Source of the DNA: Opitutaceae bacterium
GTDB lineage: Bacteria; Verrucomicrobiota; Verrucomicrobiia; Opitutales; Opitutaceae
Direction of reading: 5' to 3'
Length of the DNA: 24,000 nt
Assembly (NCBI GenBank): GCA_027482905.1
Contig: JAIXVP010000091.1
Span: 7,968-31,967, forward strand
The notes under the pieces were generated by a model that had not been told where the DNA came from, did not search any database, and saw only the letters and a program-made list of their open reading frames with translations. Shown here piece after piece: positions 1-8,000 of this stretch (positions are counted from its first letter, which is position 1; each line of letters begins with the position of its first letter). The translations under genes were made by a program, and so were the position numbers.

Positions 1-387
1 GTTGCGTTCGTCCTCGTCCGCCGACGGCATGACCCAGAACACCGCCCCCGCGCGTTTCAGCTCCTCGCGGGCCAGCACCGCGCGGATAAGCTTGAGCCCG
101 GAGTGGCGCGGCAGGGTCTCGCCGGTGAACAGGCGCCAGAGCAGCACCATCCAACCCGAGTCGGTGATCGCGAGGTCGGCGGTGGTCAGGGCCTCGCGGT
201 AAGCCGGCGAGTGGACCAGGTCGACCGCCAGCCCCGGGCCGGACGGGGCGACCACCAGACCGCCGGCCAACGCGCGGTCGGTCGCGGCCTCGATGGTGCC
301 GACGAAAAACCGGACCCCGAGGACGGTCTTGAAGTCGCCGGGGGTGGAGTCGGGCGGAGTCGGCCGGGACGAAGGAACGGTGCTCAT
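1..387 (-). CDS. WecB/TagA/CpsF-family glycosyltransferase, N-terminal 129 codons only; the gene continues past the window start
   Basis: I translated the minus strand by hand from the ATG at 387..385: [105 protein letters not shown]... The layout (GV.F...T..EA, then V.AP.G...DL, then ADL...DSG..VLL.R) resembles WecB/TagA/CpsF N-termini from memory. The start overlaps the upstream stop by 4 bp (ATGA at 384..387). This ORF is not in the supplied track because it runs off the window. Confidence 0.5.
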   Translation of the reverse strand, partial: MSTVPSSRPTPPDSTPGDFKTVLGVRFFVGTIEAATDRALAGGLVVAPSGPGLAVDLVHSPAYREALTTADLAITDSGWMVLLWRLFTGETLPRHSGLKLIRAVLAREELKRAGAVFWVMPSADEDERN

Positions 388-1454
388 GCCGAGAGGGGAC
401 GTTCGCGCCACGCCGCCACGATTTCGCCGACGGTGTCGTCCAGCGTGCGGCTGAGGTCCCAGGCGGGGTAGTGGGCGCGTATCTTGCCGAGATCGCTGTA
501 ATAGCAGACGTGGTCGCCGACGCGGCTTTGGTCGAGATAGCGGTAGACCTGCGCGCGGCCGGTGTGTTTTTCCGCGAGGGCGAAGGCCTCCAGGATGCTC
601 GCGCTGTTGGTTTTCCCGCCGCCGAGATTGTAGACCTCGCCGGCGCGGGGGGCGGCCACGAAGGCGGCCATGAAGCGGGCCACGTCGAGCGAGTGGATGT
701 TGTCCCTGACCTGTTTTCCTTTGTAACCAAAAATCTTATACTCCCGGCCCTCGAGGTTGCACTTCACCAGGTAGCTCAGGAAACCGTGCAGCTCCACCCC
801 GGCGTGGTTGGGGCCGGTGAGGCAGCCGCCGCGCAGGCAGCAGGTCGGCAGGCCGAAGTAGCGTCCGTATTCCTGCACCGCCACGTCCGCCGCGAGCTTG
901 GAGACGCCGAAGAGCGAGTGGGTGCTCTGGTCGATGGCGAGGGTTTCGGGGATCCCGGCGGCGTAGGCGGGATCGGCGAAATCCCAGCGGGTCTCGTGCT
1001 CGACCAGGTTGATGCGGTTCGGGGTGTCGCCGTAGACCTTGTTCGTGCTCATGTGCACGAAGGGCGACTCGGGGCAGGCCCGGCGCGCGGCCTCGAGGAA
1101 GTTGAGCGTGCCGACCGCGTTGATGTCGAAATCGTCGAACGGAATGGCCGCCGCGCGGTCGTGCGAAGGCTGCGAGGCGGTGTGCACGATCACGTCCGGC
1201 CGGAGCGTCCGCACCAGGTCGAGCACGCCGGCGCGGTCGCGGATATCGAGTTCGTGGTGCGTGTAGCCGGTCAGACCGGCCTCAAGGCGCCGCTGGTTCC
1301 AACGCGTGTCGCCGGCGGGGCCGAAAAACACCGCGCGCTGGTTGTTGTCCACGCCGTGCACGCGAAAACCGAGCTCGCGTCCGAAATACTCCGCCACCTC
1401 GGACCCGATGAGGCCGGAGGCGCCGGTGACGAGCAGGGTCTTGATCGGTTTCAT
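384..1454 (-). CDS. NAD-dependent epimerase/dehydratase, an extended SDR resembling CDP-paratose/tyvelose 2-epimerase
   Basis: The ATG at 1454..1452 gives [20 protein letters not shown], a Rossmann TGxxGxxG motif. Further matches are [18 protein letters not shown] at the YxxxK position, and [15 protein letters not shown]. These are typical of sugar-nucleotide epimerases of the RfbE-like subgroup. Only the C-terminal 356 aa of track ORF 384..2894 are used. Confidence 0.85.
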   Translation of the reverse strand: MKPIKTLLVTGASGLIGSEVAEYFGRELGFRVHGVDNNQRAVFFGPAGDTRWNQRRLEAGLTGYTHHELDIRDRAGVLDLVRTLRPDVIVHTASQPSHDRAAAIPFDDFDINAVGTLNFLEAARRACPESPFVHMSTNKVYGDTPNRINLVEHETRWDFADPAYAAGIPETLAIDQSTHSLFGVSKLAADVAVQEYGRYFGLPTCCLRGGCLTGPNHAGVELHGFLSYLVKCNLEGREYKIFGYKGKQVRDNIHSLDVARFMAAFVAAPRAGEVYNLGGGKTNSASILEAFALAEKHTGRAQVYRYLDQSRVGDHVCYYSDLGKIRAHYPAWDLSRTLDDTVGEIVAAWRERPLSA

Positions 1455-1519
1455 GGGTGCGCGAACGACGACGACCGCAAAGGAAACGCGCCCCGTCCGC
1501 AAGTGTTGGCGCCGAAACC

Positions 1520-2158
1520 TTATCCGCGGAAGGCCAGGACGAGCTTTTCCCTCAGGATCATCGACCGGGCGAAGGGCACCAGGCAGATGGCCGGCAGATG
1601 CAGCCACTCGACGCCCAGCCCGACCAAAAACCAGCCGATTCCCAGCAGCGTGGCGGCCATGCCGAACAACATGACCTCGACCGACTGCATCGCCATCAGG
1701 GTGAGGGCTCCCACCCCGAGGGTCGAGAGGGCGAGCACCCAACCGTAACTCCCTCCCACCAGGTGGTAAAAACCACCGATCATCCCGACGAGGAACAAGA
1801 CCGGCGTGATGCACTCCTTTTCTTTCTCCCGCCCGACCGTCTGCCAGAGCACCATCGCGAGGGGCACGAGTAGAAACGCGAAATAAACCACTTTGCCGGC
1901 GGCGGGCTCGAGCGTTTCCAGGAGTTTCCATTCGCCGTCCGACAAGCACCAGCCCGCGACGGCGCCCCGGACCGGGTCCAGCCACAAGGCCTTCGATTTC
2001 CACCAACGCCGCCGCCGGCGGTTGTCGCCGGGATTGGTCATGAGCAGGCGCGTCCGCAATTGGACACCGTTCACAAAAAGCATGCGTCCGTCCCAAAGCC
2101 AGCGGGACGGAATGCCTCCGGCGACGAGCGCAATCGCGAAGTAAAGCCAGGGGGACAT
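1520..2158 (-). CDS. Polytopic membrane protein of unknown family, paralog B of a tandem pair
   Basis: The ATG at 2158..2156 ([15 protein letters not shown]...) was chosen inside track ORF 1520..2224. The protein has several hydrophobic segments. It shares [24 protein letters not shown] and [10 protein letters not shown] with the neighbouring ORF 2249..2866. I recognise no family. Confidence 0.6.
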   Translation of the reverse strand: MSPWLYFAIALVAGGIPSRWLWDGRMLFVNGVQLRTRLLMTNPGDNRRRRRWWKSKALWLDPVRGAVAGWCLSDGEWKLLETLEPAAGKVVYFAFLLVPLAMVLWQTVGREKEKECITPVLFLVGMIGGFYHLVGGSYGWVLALSTLGVGALTLMAMQSVEVMLFGMAATLLGIGWFLVGLGVEWLHLPAICLVPFARSMILREKLVLAFRG

Positions 2159-2206
2159 GGTGGAGAATCGATGGATTGAACCGCGGGAGCGAAAGGGAAG
2201 CCGTAG

Positions 2207-2244
2207 GCCGCCCGGCCGGGGCACACAATGTTTTCCCGGGCGGC
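2207..2244 (-). other. GC-rich stem-loop between the two paralogous membrane genes
   Basis: gccgcccgg (2207..2215) is the exact reverse complement of ccgggcggc (2236..2244), with a 20-nt loop. It starts 4 nt after the paralog A stop (2249..2251). No U-tract follows on the minus strand, so it is not a canonical intrinsic terminator. Confidence 0.25.
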
Positions 2245-2248
2245 TGCC

Positions 2249-2866
2249 TCAGTAACGCACCGGCACCACCATGTTGGTGGAGCGCAGCCAGTTCAGCAAT
2301 ACCGGCAGGGCGAGCAGGAAGATGACCGTGGCGAGAGTGAAAAGATTGCCCATAAAAACATAGCCGGCCCCCAGCACGGCCAGCCCCGCGACAAAGTAGC
2401 CTGCGACGAACCCGTTCATCGCGACCGCCGAGGCCACGCCCAGCACGAAAGCCGGTCCCCATACGGTCCACGGCAGCATCGCCGTGAGCATCCCCGCCAA
2501 AAACAACACCGGCGTCACCGTTTCCCGGTCCTTGGCGCGCAACCCCGTCTGCACCCAGAGAACCGCGAGCAACATGAGCGCGGTCAGGCCGATCTCGCCG
2601 TAGATCAGCCCCGGGCTGGCTTTTCGCACCGGACGCAGCCCTCCCAGCAACATCGAAGCGACCAGATGACCTCGCACCGGGTCGATCCAAAGCAGGGGAG
2701 CGCGCCACCAGCGGATACGCCGGCGGGTGAGGGTCGGATCCCGGCGCAGGACCTTGTTCCAAAGATCTTCGAAGGACAGATAACGGCAATCCGGGTTTGC
2801 GAGCAGGCGGGGCGGCACGAAGCCGAGCGCCAAGCCAAGCAGAAGCATATACCAGGTGGGAATCAT
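2249..2866 (-). CDS. Polytopic membrane protein of unknown family, paralog A of a tandem pair
   Basis: Track ORF of 205 aa beginning [15 protein letters not shown]. It is hydrophobic throughout. Motifs [25 protein letters not shown] and [10 protein letters not shown] are collinear with those of ORF 1520..2158. Confidence 0.6.
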   Translation of the reverse strand: MIPTWYMLLLGLALGFVPPRLLANPDCRYLSFEDLWNKVLRRDPTLTRRRIRWWRAPLLWIDPVRGHLVASMLLGGLRPVRKASPGLIYGEIGLTALMLLAVLWVQTGLRAKDRETVTPVLFLAGMLTAMLPWTVWGPAFVLGVASAVAMNGFVAGYFVAGLAVLGAGYVFMGNLFTLATVIFLLALPVLLNWLRSTNMVVPVRY

Positions 2867-2990
2867 CGAAACGTTTCATTCCTCTGCTGGCCAAAACTAA
2901 GCCTGTCCACCGCCCGCGTATTGTAAAAACACTTAGGATTTCCCCCGTAGGTCTTCACCTGACGCATGCCTTTGAGTTGCATGCTGAAGG

Positions 2991-3017
2991 GCCGGGCGCA
3001 TCGCGGTGCGGCCCGGC
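2991..3017 (-). terminator. Possible stem-loop immediately downstream of rsgA
   Basis: gccgggc (2991..2997) pairs with gcccggc (3011..3017) across a 13-nt loop, ending 2 nt from the rsgA stop (3020..3022). A second small palindrome, gcatgc...gcatgc, lies at 2964..2984. There is no clear U-tract. Confidence 0.25.
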
Positions 3018-3019
3018 GT

Positions 3020-4135
3020 TCACTCCTCCCGGTGCTGGCCGTGGCGGAAGGGTTTCGCGGCTCGCTCGGCTTCCTTTTTTTTCCAGCCCGGTTTGCTCGC
3101 GACCGCGCCGGGTTTACGGAGAGACGGGGCCTTGGCGGCCTGCTCGGCCTTTAGCTTGCGGTAGCTCACCAGTCGCTCCGGCGGAAGCGTGCCCGCCGCC
3201 AAGGCGAGGCGCACCGCGCAGCCGGGCTCGTCCTCGTGGCGGCAGTTGGTGAAGCGGCAACCGGTGGCGACCCCGACGATGTCGGCGTAGGCCTCCTCCA
3301 GCGCCTCGTCCGCGTCCCAGAGCTGGAGCTCGCGCATGCCCGGGGTGTCGATGATGAGCGCGCCGCTGGGGGCGAGCACCAGCTCGCGGCGGGTGGTGGT
3401 GTGGCGGCCCTTGGCGTCCTTGTCGCGCACCTCGCCGATCGGAAGCTCGGCGTCCCGCGCGAGGCGGTTGATCAGACTGGATTTGCCCACGCCCGAGCTG
3501 CCCACGAAGGCGAGGGTGCGGCCGGGCGTGGCGTGGCCGCCGAGGAGTTTTAAGCCGCGCCGGGTGTGGCTGCTGGTAACGACGATGGGCACGCCGGGGA
3601 CGAGGCGGTCGATCTCGGCGCGCACCGCTTCGGGGTCGGGGTGGAGGTCGGCCTTGTTCAACACGATGACGGGCTGCGCGCCGGAGTCGCGCGCGGCCAC
3701 GAGGAAACGCTGGATGCGCTTCGGGTTGTAGTTCCGGTCGAGGCCGCTGACGAGGAAGACGACGTCGATGTTGGCCGCGATGATCTGCTGGGACTGCTCG
3801 CCGCCGGCCGACTGGCGCGAGAAGCGGCTGCGGCGCGGCAGCAAGGCGTGGAGCTGGGCGCGGCCCTCCGCCCCCGGGCTGGGCGAGACGGCGACCCAGT
3901 CGCCGACGGCCGGGTAGGCCTCGGCGTCGCGCTTCGCGTCGTGGTGGAACTTGCCGATGCACTCCGCCAGCAGCTCGCCCGCGCCGGTCACCACCGCGTA
4001 GTAATGCCGGCGCAGCTCGACCACCACGCGGGCCGGCTCGAGGCCGGCTGCGGCGTGGGGCGCGAAGGCGCGCTCCCAGGCGGCGTCCCAGCCGTAGGGC
4101 GCGAGGGGATGGAGGGCGGGAACGGGTTCGGACAT
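3020..4135 (-). CDS. rsgA: Ribosome small-subunit-dependent GTPase A (RsgA/YjeQ)
   Basis: The GTPase motifs appear in circularly permuted order: VLNKADL (G4), GSSGVGKSSL (G1), DTPG (G3). The C-terminal zinc knuckle CRFTNCRHEDEPGCAV is present. I prefer the ATG at 4135..4133 (MSEPVPALHPLAPYGWDAAW); the track ORF extends to a TTG at 4177. Confidence 0.9.
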   Translation of the reverse strand: MSEPVPALHPLAPYGWDAAWERAFAPHAAAGLEPARVVVELRRHYYAVVTGAGELLAECIGKFHHDAKRDAEAYPAVGDWVAVSPSPGAEGRAQLHALLPRRSRFSRQSAGGEQSQQIIAANIDVVFLVSGLDRNYNPKRIQRFLVAARDSGAQPVIVLNKADLHPDPEAVRAEIDRLVPGVPIVVTSSHTRRGLKLLGGHATPGRTLAFVGSSGVGKSSLINRLARDAELPIGEVRDKDAKGRHTTTRRELVLAPSGALIIDTPGMRELQLWDADEALEEAYADIVGVATGCRFTNCRHEDEPGCAVRLALAAGTLPPERLVSYRKLKAEQAAKAPSLRKPGAVASKPGWKKKEAERAAKPFRHGQHREE

Positions 4136-4173
4136 CGCGGAGGGGGCGGCCAAAACGCCGGCGCGGGCGGGCC

Positions 4174-4479
4174 TCAAAGCTCGACCACGCGGCGGGCGGG
4201 CTCGGCGTGGCGGCGGAAAAAGAGCGCGGTGTGGCCGACCGCGCCGACGCAGGGCGCGGCGCCCTCGGTCTCGATTCTCGCGATCAGCGCGGCGCGTTCG
4301 TGGCGGTCGGCGCCCTCGAAGCGGAGTTTCACCAGCTCGCGGGCCTCGATCAGGCGGGCGAATTCGCGATAAAAGGTCGGCGTGAGCCCGGCCTTGCCGA
4401 CCTTCAGGGCGGGCTCGGTGGTCTGGCCGATCCCGCGCAGGCGGGTTTTCTGCGCGGCGGTGAGCGGAGGGTTTTCCAT
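4174..4479 (-). CDS. yhbY: YhbY-like CRM-domain RNA-binding protein (ribosome assembly)
   Basis: LTAAQKTRLRGIGQTTEPALKVGKAGLTPTFYREFARLIEARELVKLRF...GHTALFFR matches the YhbY/CRS1 layout and is about 100 aa. The ATG at 4479..4477 (MENPPLT) was chosen; the track ORF starts at 4518. Confidence 0.8.
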   Translation of the reverse strand: MENPPLTAAQKTRLRGIGQTTEPALKVGKAGLTPTFYREFARLIEARELVKLRFEGADRHERAALIARIETEGAAPCVGAVGHTALFFRRHAEPARRVVEL

Positions 4480-4578
4480 GTGCGGGCCACGGTGGCGGGG
4501 CCGGCCGCCGAGGTCCAACCCCGAAGCGATCGCCCGGTCACCAGGCGAAAACGACCTCGGCGCGGACGAGGCGCGGCG

Positions 4579-5020
4579 CTACGGCGTGGTCACAATCACA
4601 CGGACAAAGGCCGGGGCGATCGAGAGTGCGGGGTGGATGCGGAGGGTGACCGTCTCGGTGACGCCGTCGGGGTTGGCGACTGTCGAGAGCACTTCGGGAG
4701 CGACGGCCGGGGCCGCCCAGGCGAGGAGGTCGGTCGACGTGACGACGGTGTAGGTAAGGCCGCCAGGATTGAGGAGGCGTCGGTGGGTGAAGACGAGGTG
4801 AGGCTGGCCCGTGGTGGGGTGGGCGGAGGTGACGCACGAGAGCGCGGCGGAGGCGTCGGTGACCTGAGGGTCGAGGCCGAAGGCGTATTCGAGCAGGTTG
4901 GATCGGCCGTCGCCATCGGGGTCGCCGAGGCGGCCGTGTTCGGCGAGGGACGAGGCGGGGTCGAGGCCGTGGGCGGTTTCCCAAGCGTCGGGGAGGCCGT
5001 CGGAGTCGGAGTCGGGGGGT
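4579..5020 (-). other. C-terminal module A: DSDSDGLPDAWE, then GDPDGDGRSNLLEYAFGLDP, then about 100 aa ending FVRVIVTTP
   Basis: Read from the translated C-terminus. The DPDGDG...LLEYAFGLDP coding stretch is at about 4867..4927. It is collinear with the C-terminus of the 14858..19573 protein. Confidence 0.6.
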
Positions 5021-8000
5021 GGCAAAACGGTGACGAGCGCGGCTTGGCTGTCGGCCGTGCCGAGGGCGTTGGTTACGCGAACCCAATAGCTGTTCGTGGT
5101 CGTGATGGGAGCGGTCACGTAGTTTGCGGAGGTGGCGCTCGCGATGGGCTGAGTCAGATCGCCGCTTAAGCCACGATACCATTGGTAGCTGGCCGTGATC
5201 GGACTTACGGCGGCGACGGTGAGCGAGACGACATCCCCGGCTTTCACCGTGCGAGAGGTGGGGTGGCTGGTAATGTTCGGAGGCGGTGATTGGAGAAATA
5301 GACTGTGGTAGTAGGCCAGCGACACGTCCAACACCGCGAGAGAGACCTGAACAGGGGTATAACGCCAAGCAGTGGTGCCGTCGCCATGTTGGCCGGCAAC
5401 GTTGTTGCCCATGGCCCAGAGACCGCCGTCGGTTTTGATGAACTTGCTGTGGTCGAAGCCCGCTGCGGCGTGCGTGATGCCGGTGGCGAGCTGGGTGGGT
5501 GTCATGTAGAGGCTGGTGTCGGGCAGGCCAAGCCCGATGCGGTAGCCCATGCCCAGAAGAACGCCTCCCCGTTTGATCAGCAGGGTATGTCCGCCGCCGG
5601 TGGCGACCGAAATGACGTCGGAGCTTATCTGAACGGGGCTTCGAATGTCGGTCGAGGTGCCATCGCCGAGTTGCCCGCCGTAGTTGTCACCCATGGCCCA
5701 GAGGGTGCCGTTGGTTTTGATGAAGAAGCTGCTTTGCCCGCGGGCTTCCACCCTGGAAACGCCCGCCGCGATTTGGACAGGCACCGTGCTGCCGGTGGCG
5801 GCGCCGATACCAAGCTGACCATCGAAATTGGTGCCCATGCCCCACATCGTGCCATCGTTCTTGACGAACAGCGTGTGAGTGTAACCGACGGCGAAGTGAG
5901 CCACCCCGGTGGCGATTTGAATCGGGGTCTGGATGTTGGAGGCGGAGCCGCTTCCCAGGCGCCAATAGCTGTTGTAGCCCATGCCCCAGAGGCTGCCGTC
6001 GGATTTCAGGAAAAGACTGATTTCGCTATCGGCGAAACACGCGATCACGTTGGTGGCCACTTGAACCGGGGTCAGGCGCGAGGTCGTGGTGGAGTCGCCG
6101 AGCTGGCCGTGGTTGTTGTTACCGACGGCCCAGAGCGTGGCGTTGGTTTTGATGAAGAGGGTGTGGCCGGAGCTGGTGGAGGCGGCGACGACATCGGTAG
6201 CGACCGAGACGGGCGCGTTGCGCTGGGTGGTGGTGCCATCGCCGAGCTGGCCATAGTCGTTTTGGCCGGAGGCCTTGAGGTTGAGGGCGGGGCGCGGGGT
6301 GACCGTGGCGGTGACGGTGTCGCTGTTGATGGCGGAGACGGGATTGCTGACCCGAACCCAGTAGCTGGTGGTGGCCAGAAGAGGAGGGGTGAGAAGCATC
6401 GGCCCGTTTGCGCCGGACACGGGCGCGGACGTGTCGCCCGAGAGGCCGCGATACCATTGATAGGAAAGCGTGCCGCCGGCGGCGCCGACGGCAAACGAGG
6501 CGGAGGCGAAAAAGGGCGTGGCAACCGGGACGGGCTGGGCCGTGATCGATGGCGGAGTGTTCAAGATCACCGTCACCGAGGCCGTGGTGCTGTCGGCGGT
6601 GAGGCCGAGGCTGTTGGTGACCCGGACCCAGTAGGACGTCGGCGCCGTCAGGGCTGGCGTGGTGAAACTGGCGCCGGTGGCGCCGGCCACGGGCGATGTC
6701 GTGCTGCCGGCCTGCCCCAGATACCACTGGTAAGTGAGTGGGGACTGGTCGTTGACGACCACGGACAAGGTGGTGCTTTCGCCGTAAAGAATCGACGCGG
6801 GCGCGGGCTGGGTGACGAAGGCCGGCTTCAGGCTGAAGAAGAAACTGAAAAAATTGCCGGGAACGGCGTTCCCGATGCCCGTGGCGACTTGCACCGGGAT
6901 TGCGCGGCTGGTGGTGGTGCCGTCGCCCAACGCGCCGGAGTAGTTGTTGCCCATGCCCCACAGGCTGCCGTTGGTCTTCAGAAAGAGGTTGTGGTAGTAG
7001 CCGGTGAAGACCTGGACGACGCCGGTGGAAATCTGCACCGGCGTGAGCCGATTCGTGTAGGTGCCGTCGCCCAGCTTGTTGTCGGTGTTCTGGCCCGAGG
7101 CCCAGAGCGAGCCGTCCGCTTTGATGAAGAAGCTGGTTCGGATGCCCGCGGCGATGCTCGTCACGCCGGTGTTCGTCAGCACCGGCGTGAGCCGGCTGTA
7201 GGAGGTGCCGTCCCCGAGCGCGCCTTCGTAATTGTAGCCCATGCCCCAGAGGGAACCGTCCACCTTGAGAAAAATGCTGTGATCCGAACCGGCGGCGCAT
7301 TGCACCACGCCGGTGGCGACCTGGATTGGCGTGGAGCGGCTGACGGTGGTGCCGTCGCCGAGCTGGCCGTAGATGTTTTCGCCCACGCTCCAGAGGGTGC
7401 CGTCGCTCTTCACAAAAAGGCTGTGTCGGTGGCCGGCGCTCATGTGCACGACCCCGGCGGCGATCTGGACGGGGCTGAGGCGGTCGGCGGTGGTGCCGCT
7501 GGCGAACCGGTTGTTCGCGTTGCTGCCCATGCCCCAGAGCGTGCCGTCGGTCTTCAGGAACAGGCTGTGTTCGCGGCCGGCCGACACCCGCGCAACCTGG
7601 CTGGAAATCTGCACCGCGGTGGAGCGGCTGGTGGTGGTGCCATCGCCGAGCTGGCCGTTGGCATTGTAGCCGGCGGCCCAGAGGGTGCCGTCCGATTTTA
7701 CGAAGAGGCTGTGCCCGTAGGCGGCCGAGGCGTGAGTCACCCCGGCGCCCACCGGCCGCGGCACAGTGGCCGAGCCGGCGGTGCCGTCGCCGAATTGGCC
7801 GGAGCCATTTGAGCCGGTGGCGAGCAGGTTGAAGCTTTGCGGTGAGGGCACGGTGACGGCCGCGGCGGTGCTGTCCACCGTTCCGCCGACCGTGGTGATG
7901 CGAACCCAGAACGAGGTGGTGGCGGTGAGCGAAGGCACCACCAAAAGGGCGCTGGTGGCGCCCACGACCGGCGCCGAAGTGTTTCCGATCGCGCCGCGAT

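Noticed and set aside
384-2894. 836-aa minus-strand ORF in the track
   Set aside because: Only the C-terminal 356 aa (from MKPIK at 1454) look like a real protein, the SDR epimerase. The upstream part is Arg/Gly/Pro-rich low complexity. It overlaps, in another frame, two well-formed hydrophobic membrane ORFs. It is an open frame left open by the high GC content.
4506-4562. 10-bp inverted repeat (4506..4515 and 4553..4562) between the S8 giant gene stop and yhbY
   Set aside because: The loop is 37 nt and no U-tract follows. It is not a convincing intrinsic terminator and may be a chance GC-rich complementarity.
5305-7812. 835-aa plus-strand ORF, with similar ORFs at 8005..8943, 9097..9807 and 10123..11244, antisense to the giant S8 gene
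   Set aside because: These are Gly/Ala/Arg/Val-rich with no domain signature. They mirror the repeat periodicity of the real minus-strand gene. They are antisense open frames typical of GC-rich DNA.
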